In this document: piece after piece, positions 26,701 through 39,500 of the stretch
How the letters are laid out: each line of letters starts with the position of its first letter
Numbering within the stretch: the first letter of the stretch is position 1
NCBI GenBank assembly: GCA_951406725.2
Contig: OX597831.1
Span: 54,126,001-54,190,000, forward strand
Source of the DNA: Octopus vulgaris
Lineage: Eukaryota
DNA length: 64,000 nucleotides
Direction of reading: 5' to 3'
Notes under the pieces: model-generated
The model's database searches: none
What the model was told of the DNA's origin: nothing
The model's input: only the letters and a program-made list of their open reading frames with translations
Made by a program: the position numbers and the translations under genes

Positions 26701-29700
26701 CATACATTTTTATATTCAGTATTACTTCCAGGTTGTCTAACTTCCAACATCTGTACCATATTCTTAATTTCTTGAAGATACAGCTAATTATCTCTTATCA
26801 ATACAAAAGGCATTTTATTATCAATTAACTTTTTAGCCTCTAATTGAATATGTGACAAATCTTATATCCTGTATAACTTGTGTCAGCTAATGTTTGACTT
26901 GCTGTTGTATTGGATGTTTTTTTGATTTCCTATAGTCCTTTTAACTAACAAAAAAAAAACCAAAAACCTTTCTGGTTCTATCTCATTCTTAAGGCATTCA
27001 TCTATAGAAAAAAAAAATTGAGAAAAACGATATTACTTAAGTGGAACTGAATCAATATAAAGTTATCCTTTTCTCCAATCTTCAACATTTTCTGGGAAAC
27101 TGTTTTCAAGATACAAATAATTCCTATTTCAACCTAACTACTTCCTGTATCTTTGTAATCATCTTGATGATATCACAGCTTTTCTGCTAAACTTATATTA
27201 TTGAGATTTAATCAACCCCGAACTAGCTTATACAGTCTTTGTTGAGAACTCAATTCTTTATCTCACATGTTGAATTGCCTTTTTTTCATCATTAATACAA
27301 GTACTTAAATATTCACTCTTTACATATTCACTATGTTCTATTTTTATTTTTGTTCTATACCTTTTTTTCCCTTCAATTTCCACTAGTTTCTCTTTTCTAG
27401 AGGTTCTCAACCGTTATTTTTTATCTATGGACCCCCTTTTATTATTATTTTACTCTGATTGACCCCCCATAATCATTTGATGTTTAAAAACTAGTTTTAT
27501 AGAATATTATTTATTAATGTTTTTCTCTGCATTATCTTGTGTAAGTTGAACTCTGTAAAAAAATTTTTTGAGGGGCCCTTAAAATACTATTGTGGATCCC
27601 TAGTTTACTATTTTGTTGTGTGGATCCCCAAAAATCTGATGTGAACCCTGGTTGAGAACCACTTGTAGACAAACTATGCTACTTGTCGCTTTAGTTACTA
27701 CATTATTATCATTGTATAAATAAATTGTTCTGATGTTAGTCAGGCTTCAATTTATAAAAATTTCTCCTACAATAGTCTAATATTATTAAATTCATTATCA
27801 TTAAATTAGATCATAAATTTGTTCTTAATTTGATCATTCTACACTTCAATATTTGTTTGATTAAAACTATCATCTCAAGACCTTAAGTCGCTCACTTAAT
27901 GTTTTAATTTTATCAGAAGTAAAGTTCATTTCAAATTTTCATAACTAATATATTTTCTTTCCTAATTACAGGTTATCCTCTCATTTTTGATACCATGGCT
28001 ACAGCCTTCAGCTATTTGCGCATCCCACCTGCATATGCCTTGTTATTCTACCTCTCCATCTTCTTATATCATGTTTTATTTCTGGTAAGCCAATTTCTAC
28101 ACACAGACATATTCCAGTTGTTTTGCTTGTCTTAAAAAATTAATGTACAGTAATGCCCCAATATACAAGCTGATTTGTCCTCAGTGACCACTCATAAAGT
28201 GAAAACTCATAAAGCAGAGCAATAATTTCCCATAGTAGCAATGTTATAAACCATAATTTATTCCCAAAAAATATTTTACCAGTAAAATTTATAATACTCG
28301 TAACTAAATGGTGATAAAACAACAGTGGAATGTAAAGAAGATTTTATGTAAATTAAAAAGAATGTCAAGATCATTTATTATAAAAAAATATTATTATTAT
28401 AATTGTTTTCTTAATCACTCTCACTGGCACTAGACTTGAGCACACCATCACTTATAGAAGCAATTGCCAATTCAGAAGCACTCACAGATGGACTTGTAGA
28501 TTTCTTTTTTAAAAAACAAGTCTAGAGTTATTTATTTAGAAGAAGCCTTTTTTTTCACTCTCTATAAATTTCTCGGTAACACGCAGAAGCATTTGTTATG
28601 GCAGTAGAAACTTTTGCACTTCATTCAAAATTTGGATCTTGTGCTCAAAAAGTAAAACTCATAAACCCAGGGTCTCGCAAAGCGGGTCCTCGTAAAGTGA
28701 GGTATTACTGTATTTTTATTGTTTTACACCAGATCAAACCTGATCCAGCAGATTATGATCAGAAACATTCTAGTTGTAGTTATTCCATCTTTTTTGTTTA
28801 TCTTGGATTACTTTGTCTTGTACGATAGGGTGGAATTAGAGGGAGATTTGGCTACTATTTCTCACACATCAGGCAGCCTCATAGAGGCTCTAGAGTTTGA
28901 CTCGTTTATTTGATCTATGACTTGAAAGAATAGAATAAGATCTCTTTGTTTATTGTAATATTTACTTTAATAGATATGATTTTTCATTAAAGCCACTTTG
29001 ATAGAATTATAACATTTAGAAAGATTAATAAACAACAGAATACAGTGTCATTGGGCAAATATCTCTTATATAATCATATCTGAAATGGCAAAATATAACC
29101 CATGCAAATACATAAAGAGGTTGTAGAATTCAGTATGATTATATATAGTGGAGAGTGACAGAAACTACTGCTTAAAGCACTTGTCCTTGTTCCAGAAGGA
29201 GAGAGTATAGAAGTGTTATTGTTTTGGTCACAATTGTGAATGAAAAAGGCAACAAAAGAATAATTATAATATGAGAGCCAATGTAAGTAGTGTGGAGGTA
29301 CAGAATGAGAGCAGTATGACAGAGGGTTGAGTAAAGTCTGTTAACAAGATAGAGGTCAAGAGAAATGAGCTGGCAATTGAGAGAGCCAGGTCAAATAAGG
29401 TGGAAGATAGTAGTAAAGAATGCATACCAAAGGAAACAGAAAAGCAAAAGGATATGCACATAGTGGCACTGCTGCACACATGAACAAAAGGGGAAAGAAT
29501 GGGAAAGGGGTGATATAGGAAGCTTACTGAGAAAATTGAGATCAGTAAGGAGTGGTCAAAGGTCATTGAGGAAGTAACAAACATTTGTAGTAGTTTATAA
29601 CAAAATCTGGAGAAAGAGCAGAGAGTAAGCATAATAAATAAAATGGTATACAAGTACAATCAAACTATATACATTGTATATACTTTGCTCTTACTAATGT

Positions 29701-29720
29701 AATGTTAGCACAATGAGCAA

Positions 29721-29779
<59 letters not shown>

Positions 29780-30752
29780 TATATATGTATGTATGTATGT
29801 GTATGTATATATATGTGTGTATGTATATATATGTATGTATGTATGTATATGTATGTATGTATGTATATATATGTATGTATGTATGCATATGTATATATAT
29901 GTATGTATGTATGCATATGTATATATATGTATGTATGTATGCATATGTATATATATGTATGTATGTATGCATATGTATATATATGTATGTATGTATGCAT
30001 ATGTATATATGTGTATATATGTATGCATATGTATATATATGTATGTATGTATGTATGCATATGTATATATATATATGTATGTATATGTATGTATGTATGC
30101 ATATGTATATATATGTATGTATGTATATATATGTGTATATGTATGTATGCATATGTATATATATGTGTATATGTATGTATGCATATGTATATATATGTGT
30201 ATATGTATGTATGCATATGTATATATATGTGTATATGTATGTATGCATATGTATATATATGTGTATATGTATGTATGTATATGTATATATGTGTATATAT
30301 ATGTATATGTATATATGTGTATATATATGTATGTGTGTATATATGTATGTGTATATATATGTATATATATGTATGTATATGTATTTGTATGTATGTATAT
30401 GTATTTGTATGTATGTATATATATGTATTTGTATGTATGTATATATATGTATGTATATGTATTTATATGTATGTATATATATGTATGTATATGTATTTAT
30501 ATGTATGTATGTATATATATATACATATATATATTTTCAATATGTGACCGCATGTGTATCATTGGCAATTGTCATTCTCCATCTTCCCTTCCTTGGACTT
30601 TTTCCTTTTTTTCTATATTTCTGACAAAGAGCTCCACTCAAAACGTTAAATCCTCTTTCTTTCTTTCCTTTCCTGAGCATCCAATAACACTATACTTGTT
30701 CCATGTCCTCGCATTGTTGTGTTTTCTCTTTGTTCATGTTTAGATTAACTAG

Positions 30753-30796
<44 letters not shown>

Positions 30797-31073
30797 TTAA
30801 AAAAGGAGATGTGGAACACGAGTTGTGATATATAAAAAAAGGAAATGAAGAAAATGCTGACAAAATAATTTAAGTAAGGGAGAGTGTATTTAATTAGGTG
30901 AAAGTTCTTTTTACCGGTTGCGCTTTTGTTATGCTTATCAAAAGATATTTTGAGTGAGATAGAGTTCCTTTCTGATTGATTTTTTTCTCTTATCTGATAA
31001 GAGAAAAGAACTTTCACCTAATTAAATACACTCTCCCTTACTTAAATTATTTTGTCAGCATTTTCTTCATTTC

Positions 31074-31120
<47 letters not shown>

Positions 31121-34100
31121 CAGTTGAAGTTGTAACTGTTAAAACACTTCATCAACAGTTAAGATAAATCACATCTCATTAACAAAAAAAGTATTCATTT
31201 CCTCAACCTATTCATAAAGGTAATAAAATACTTACTAAGATAACATCTTGATAACCTCTTTGCTAAACAACAAACCTCAGGCCATTCAAAACATTGCCCT
31301 CACCAACTCCATTTATGTAATTTCTCACAAACATTCTCCACTCTCTCTTTCTCACATCTATATTGAAATCAGAAAGTTTATAACACAGTTGAATCACTGA
31401 CTTTTTACAAGTCTTTGACTACCATCGTCATTGTTTCAAAGTCCACTTTTCCATGCTTTCATGGATCAGACAGTGTTTATTGAAACAGATTTTCTGTAGC
31501 CAGATTCTCTTCTGGTCACTTCTCCTTGTAGAATATTGGAAATGAATGAAACAGCTTGTATGATTATGATGCTCATTTATGACTATCACACTATTAAGAC
31601 AAGGAGACACAACCAAACACACACACACACATTAGCTTCTTGCAGTTTGTCTATTAAATCCATTCACAAGGCTTCAGTCAATCTGGTGCCACTCAGTAGG
31701 ACTAAGCCCAAGACCATGTGATTGAGAATCAAACTTCTTAACCACACACCCATATCTGCATGGCTTTTTTTTTCAACACTTTGAAGTGGTTGGCATTTGG
31801 AAGGACTTCCAACTGTAAAAACCATACCAAAACTGACCTCGCCTATGCTGGTGCCACATAAAAAGCACTTAGTCCATTCTACAGGGTGGTTGGTGTTAGG
31901 AAGCTATAAAAACCATGTCAAAACAAAGTTGCCTGGTGTAATCTTCTACCTGGCCGGCTCCTGACAAACTATCCAATCTGTACCAACATGGAAGACAGAT
32001 GTTAAATGATGAATCTTATTTCAAGATATCTACAAAACTTACTTGGTGACTACATTTTAAAAACTTTTTGTCAGTTCAGATTATTAGCCCTTTTGATACC
32101 AACCCAGCTGAAACCGCCTCTGGCTCTGTAGTACAAATGTCTTGTTTCCATAAGTTTTGAATTAAAATCTTCCACCAAAGCTTAATCACAATTTATGTTC
32201 CTAACACTAGCTGAATGATAACTAGGTTATTTTACTAAATTCTTTGTTGTATTTAAAGTAATTGAAAGAAACTCAGAGCATCTCAACAGAAATACAGTAA
32301 CAAAAGGGTTAAAGTGTTAAAATTTATAATTTCATTTGAAACCACATTTTTAAGTTCAAATTTCCCTGGGTGCAAATTTTCTTGGATCCAGTTTAACTAA
32401 CTACATCATTTCACAAAAAAATGGTTTGTGTATCTAATCCAAATGGGTTTATACCTTTCTTATATTATTTTACTGGGTCCAGTCATTGGACCTTGGCCAT
32501 GCAGAGGCACCACCTTCAATGGTTTTGGTGGATTACATCTTCCTCCATTACTTTGTCTTTTATATATTTTATCAACTCTGGGAAACTGGAAGACAAAGTT
32601 AACTTGGATATAAAGGGACATAACTGCTACAAGATATTTTGTTTGATAATGAACTAGTGATTCTATCATCCTCTGTAGAGACAGATAGAGGCATACATAC
32701 ATACAAACACAAGTATTCAAAGAGCTTCAAACTCTCACACACAAGGCTTTAGAAAAAACACTTCTCCTGGCTACCACTCAGTGATTTCAAACTTAGAACC
32801 AAGTGATTGTGAAAGCAAACTTTTTAACCACAAGTCTGCATAGGTTCCCATAATCTAAAAACATAGAAAATAATTTACTTCCTTTAGTGCTTTGTTCAAA
32901 TTAAGAAATTTTATTTACTGTTCTAAGAAAGTTTTTTTTTTTTTTTTTTTTTTTCAAATTGCTTGATATTATTTCTTGTGTTGTTTTTGTTTCAGTGTGT
33001 AGCTATTCTGACTTTGGTGGACAACATTATGGAATCACTGATACCATGCTTGGAGAGAAATTCCATCAATAAGACATTCATCAATGTTGTTGTCACTTTT
33101 CTTGTTGTTGGTGTTATCAATGCTTTGGGAGTTCCACACACCACAAATGTGAGTATTACTTGATTTTCATTCTTTTGTGATTGATAAAATAATAAGTGCC
33201 TACCTAGTATTGGGATTGATTTAATCATCTATAGCCTGTTTCCTGTACATATGCACACAAAATAATGTGGACTAAGTTAGAAATTATCATTATTATTAAA
33301 TGCAACAGGGCAAGAAGCACACTAGACTTTATTTAATTTTATTATTTTGAAACTATTAATTTAAAATTAATTTATTATTCCTCTCCCAGATATGAATAGA
33401 AGATAATATCAAGTACACAAGTCATTCGGAAAATATCATTAGAGCCATAAGGAATAATGAAATATATGTGGTATTATGTGAAGTACACTTCTATCAAGTT
33501 GCTACAAACATTGGAACATTCATGGATTTTGTAATTTACAGATATATCAAATATGTGGAATTGCTATTATTAATTAGTTTGGAGAGTTCATTATAGTTTG
33601 GATGTTTGTTAAAATTTGCAATGATTGTCTAGTAAAAGAATTTGTTAAATGGCTTGGGGGACATCAAAATTATTTTGTTAGTAATTCTTTAAATTTTTTC
33701 AGTATAGTTATACATTTCATATTAGCTGGCTTAATTTATCTTAGAAGCCTGAGTAATGTCATGACTTAAATGCAGCTATCGGTTTATTACCCTGATTTTC
33801 TTTGTGTTATTGTAGGAATTTATAACACTAAAACAAAAAAACTAAATGATTTTTTAAAAAATTTTATTCAACATTCTTTCAACTTACTTTCAATATTTTT
33901 CTCTTAAAAAGTAATTAACAATTATGTTGTTGATATTTAATTTTATAATGTTTTCTTTGTTTGATGTTTAGGCTGGACCCTACTTCAATACCCTAATGAC
34001 TGTGTCATTGGAGCGGCTGGTATTCTTGGTGGTAGTCCTCACTTTTATTGGACTTATTGTGGTCTATGGTAAGTCATAGCAATTCAGAGATATTTTCAAT

Positions 34101-36546
34101 TGTATATTATAAAATTATATTTCCTCTGTACGCTGACTTGCGCAAACACTTTAGTCATGGTTATTTTGTTTACTTTCTACATAAATGAGGTAGATGTCTT
34201 CAGGATTACTAAGATTATTACAGCTATACAAACATGTAAAAACATTTAGTTCCTGAGGTGTTAAAGAGAAGCATAAGTTTGACAACTTGTTCATCTGTTA
34301 ATGTGAAAAAAATGTATTTCGTAGAACTTTAATAAAAAAAAACCCCACTTAATCTAATGCAAGTTCTTTGAAAAGTGCGCCAAAGAATTTGATACAATGC
34401 AATATGAGAGGGGGTTCAGAAAACAAAAATATTGAAATGAGTAAGTTCTACATTTGTTAATATTATAGTAATTCTCATAATTAAGCTGTAATGTTGTTAT
34501 TTATAAAAGCTATAAATGAATTTGAAATTTTGATATAATTCTTACATGGTAATACATTCCTCCCATTATATTTTCTGTATATGACGTAAAGCATAAAGTA
34601 ACAACGTTTTGGTGAACTGAATTCACAATCATACCAATTTTGCTACTAGAATAGGCAAGAGGCATAAACACAGCTTCTCATAATTCCACTTCAACAAACT
34701 AGAGATCTCACACCTAATATTATACTTTCATGATTTTATTAAGGTGTTATATAAGTAAATTAAGGTGTATATAAGTAAATAATGAAGTTAATTATTAATG
34801 TCCTAGAAATTATATTTGTTGCTTTCTTTCTTTCTATACAGCAAAGCAGAACTTTTCATTAGCTGAACGCATCATGATGGGTGTTTGGTTTGCCCTGTCC
34901 TGTTTGGCAACTGCTGTGAGTGAATCTTAAATCTTTCATGCCTATATATTTTTCTGTACTCTATAGATTCAAGATATACCTATATAAATTCAGTACATTT
35001 CTCTAAGAGTTTCACTTTTCACTACACAATCACTTTCCTCCACCATGTCACCCTTGTGCATTACATGTCTATTTTACAATAATCAATTTATTCAATACCT
35101 AATTACTTGTCTTTCAAATTCACCTTACAATCACACATAGACAAGATGTTGCACACTATGCATGTGCTTCTTGCTGAATTTGATTGCTACTGTCTGCAAC
35201 ATTATACATACTTAAGTATGAGGGGTGGTGACTTAATGAAACGAGACTAAAGAAGTTTTAATGAATTTAATACCATATTTGCATTGAAATGAAAAAGAAA
35301 AAAAAAATCAAGTGCTGAAGATAATTTTGGTCAAAAGCAAAGGAATCAATTCTGAAATTCAAATCGGTAGAAATGTTTCCTTCATGCAGAAGACATTATA
35401 TCTGCTGTATGAAAGCACTTTTGCATGGCAGATTTTCATCTGTCACTTTCGATTCGTCTCTTCAGTTTACCAAAAAAGAGAGAAAAAAGCCCTATTCTTC
35501 CAGTTGTTCTGAGGTCTGGAAAATATGAGTAAATCTGTGCTTCTCTGAAGTGTTCATGTCTGGAGTTTTCACTGTACTTACCAAAGATTACTATATTTCC
35601 TAGTGTATAAGACACAATCTCACAGAAGACGAACCTCTGCTTTTGGCGGCTGGAGAAAAAGGTATATTTTGTGGGAGATCAAATTTGACATGTTTCATCG
35701 TACACCCATGCATTTAGTATGCGATCCATAATACAGTCGCATAAGACGCATTACAATTTTTGTTACATTTAAGTATAAAAACAAAGCATCACATACACCA
35801 GCATATACAATGCTCGTCTTTCAATGCATACCCGCACCCTCATCAATAATTTTTTAAAGAATTCCGCAGTTGTTTCCCTTCTAACTATTATCAACGTTTG
35901 CCTGTTTCTCTGTTTATAACGAGTGTGCTTTTCACTAAAATGTATGAGGAAAACATTATATTGGATATGATAGGAACATTTCCCTTGTCATGATACAAAT
36001 ATAACTTACCTTTCTTTTCCCTGCGCTTCGTGCGATCAGAAAAAAATTGTTTTGATTCGCTTTCCTGTACTATATCTGTTTCCTAACCAAAATGCTGGAA
36101 GGTACATCACTCTGCTTTACTCAATTTTGTTCTTTTCAGTTGAAAACTAGTTATTGGCCGTGCTTCCTTATATTGGTGGGGTCAATAATATAGTAACTAT
36201 GATTATCTGTCGTAAGTCAAAAATTAATATAAGCGAAAATTACATTTTGTAAAGAAGAAAAAATAGAATTAAGTGCAAATTTACAAAAAATTTTAAAATC
36301 CGTCTGTGTTATGGAAAAAAAAATCAGTGCTTAGACCATTAAAAAAAAATGCAATCGGAACTGGTTTTTATGTACAAGGGAGATAACTTATATTTATGTC
36401 TGAAATTTCGTTAAAGTGGAGTGTTTGAATTGTGTGCATTTGTTATTAAAACTTTCCACTGTCCGATTTATTCATTAAATTATGTATGTATTGAAGTTTT
36501 CTTTTTGTTGTTGCTGTTGAGAAGTAAACTTCTTAACCACACAGCC

Positions 36547-36579
<33 letters not shown>

Positions 36580-39500
36580 CAGAGAGAGAGCATGGCACAC
36601 AGACGTTAAATGATGGTGATGATGAAGATAGAGAATCCTTACAGTGATTAATTATTCCCCTTAGAGTTCTGAGTTTAAATCTTGCCAATATCAACTTTTA
36701 TCATATAATCGATAAAAATAAAAGTACCAGTCAAGTTGCTGGAGCTGTTTTAGCAAAAATTTATCCTCCTCAAAACTTTGTGGCCTTCTGCTGATGTTAG
36801 AAATCAATAATTTACATTGATTAAAATTTTTTACAAGAAAAAAACATAAATCAGAACATCTTCATCATCATCCGTTTTCCATTCTGGCATGGGTTGGATG
36901 GTATGACTGGCCTGCTGGAGAACTGCCCCAGCTCCAATTGTTTGTTTTGGCTGGGAGCCCTTCCTAATGCCAACCACTTTACAGAGTGTGCTGAGTGCTA
37001 TGTAGCACTGGCATGGGTGCATTTACATGGCACCAGCATAAAGTGCATTTTGAGAAGACATGTCAAGCTAAGTAAAATCACAGCTATCTATAAATACTTG
37101 CATGTCTTTTAACATCAAACAAAATATCTTGGAGGGTTTTTTTTTCCTTTCTTTCTATATTTGGATTTTAACCTCAAATTCTATGTGTCTGCAATGTCTG
37201 TCAACCCCACAGGATAAATAAAATAATTACTGGCAATACATACATTGAGTATCATTTTGCTTTGTTATATACGTCTCTTTAAATATATTTGAAGTCAGTT
37301 CAGATTATAAACAAGCCTACATCTACATGCTTTGTCAATCTTCCATAAAGTAATTGAGGAGTCCTACTACAAATTTTTGTTTATTAGGTGGGATTGAGGG
37401 CTCTCATGGAAGAGACCTTAAATTTCTTGTGAGATTTTAGATTGCATATAGCACAGTTATACTTGCTATTAGGAGACACAAAGACAGACTTGACTTACTA
37501 CTCTGGTTTCACATCCCACTTAGGTCGTCTTTGCCTCTCTTCTTTCCTGATTCAATAAAATTGGAAATATTTTAAATGATGGAGCATGTGGGTGTGGGGG
37601 AATGGATTGCAATTAACTGTAATCTCTTTCCCCAAAGTGTGTGACCTTGTACTTTTATCAAAAACCATTATTGCTATAATTAAAATGTAATTTTCAATTC
37701 TGTGGTTGTTTGTCCTTACAAGGTAGATTTCTTAAACATAATTTAGTTATTGATAATGATTCACCTTTGTTCTGTTGTTTCTTTTTCTTCAGGGTATTTG
37801 GGTTTATAAATTTGTTCATGGCCAAGACGAACTGAATTACAAAGGCAGTGTATACTCTGAAACTTGGGAAACTATTTCATGGATTGTATCTGGTGTACCA
37901 TTTGTGTTCGTACTTGTTGGAGCCATTCATGCTATTATGGTAGGACGTGGTCCCTGTTGTCAGGTACATATCTCTTACTTTTTTATATTCTTCATGAATT
38001 CGCTCATTGCACTGTAGTAATGCCTGGAAATCACCTCCGAACAATTTAGTCAATTTTATCAAAACCCAGTAGTATTTATTCCATCAATGTATATTTACTG
38101 AGTGACCAAGTTACTTTTTAACCAGAGCTGGTGTGTCAAACACATAAACACACACTTGCACACATGGGTATACACTTACACATGTGAGGCACATGCTTAC
38201 ACACTCTGCATACACATACTCTCTCACACACACGCACACAGCCATTTCACTGTTTCTATCTACCAAACTTATATTCGCAAGATATTGTTCAACTTAAGGC
38301 ATTTGTTGAAGGTGTAGCCCGAACCTGGAATTACAAGGTTGTGAAGCAAACTTCTTATCCACACATCAATATTTGTGTGTGTTTGTGTGTATTTGAAAAG
38401 CAGTTTCAGAACTCTGCTATGATACCATCTAAAGTAATATTTTATTAAATCATCAAAAGAAAAATAATCAATGTTTGAATAAAAGAGAACCAATCTAAAA
38501 TGGAATTAATTAAAAAATGCATTGTCCATAATATATAATTTTGCATTCAAATTTCTAATAGGTAATAGTAAGTAATATCATTTTAATTTGGATTTTCTTT
38601 TGCTCAAGAGTTGATTTAATAAAAGATTATTTTAATTGATATTAAAGGGGAATTTTTTTAACTACTTTTCAAATATTTCCATGTTTGAAAGCCAGAAATC
38701 AGATACAATAGTTTGCAATAATTGAGTGTGTGATCCTTTATCTTCATTTTCTATGAAATTACAATGTTTATTTTTACAGTATTTATATTTAATGTGCTTC
38801 GTAGATCAACTATCAAATTCTGTTAGGTGTCACTTTTTTTCCTTTGATATCGTGGTCAACAAACAAGAAAAAATTATAAATTCCAGAAATATATTAGTTA
38901 GTTCCATTCAGATTATATTAATCCCATTTACTAAATTGTCACTGATTACAAAATAACTTACTGCCTTTAAGTGATGTGGTGTTGTAATATGATATTAATC
39001 AGCTCCTGAAAACTATGAATTGTTTTTGTTTCAAGATGATTTCTTTCCATTAATTCCTTTTGGAAAGAGTAGTTACTCTAAATCTTTATTTTTATAAATG
39101 CGAGACTTTGTATCTGGGGAAATAAAATCATTACTATTAGTTTTATTTGTATTATTTATGAGACATAATGTCTATAGGGGTTAAAGTTCTGGGACTGTAT
39201 TACTATCCTTTGAGTTCAGATCTTGCTCATACACACTTGATCAAAGCATGAACCTCTTCTTACTCTTCAATTTGACTAGTTGACAAGTAGGTTTCAGAAC
39301 AATTGGGTTGTATTCATCTATAAAAAGAGTTGCTATTGTGTAGGCATTCCAACTATGTTTGCATAAAGAACAATAAATGTAAAATACTTTATTTGATCAA
39401 ACTACAATAACTACAATGGTTGGTATCATGTAAAAATTATACAATGACAATTTCCATCACAAAATTCTAATTTTTAGTTTATCTGAAGAAAAAAAAGTAG

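Noticed and set aside
29665-30743. Long ORFs of up to 326 aa rich in Y/I/C/M/V/H/T (also at 48.7-50.7, 52.2, 55.3 and 60.5-63.2 kb)
   Set aside because: These are translations of TA/TG/CA microsatellites, which lack stop codons in several frames.
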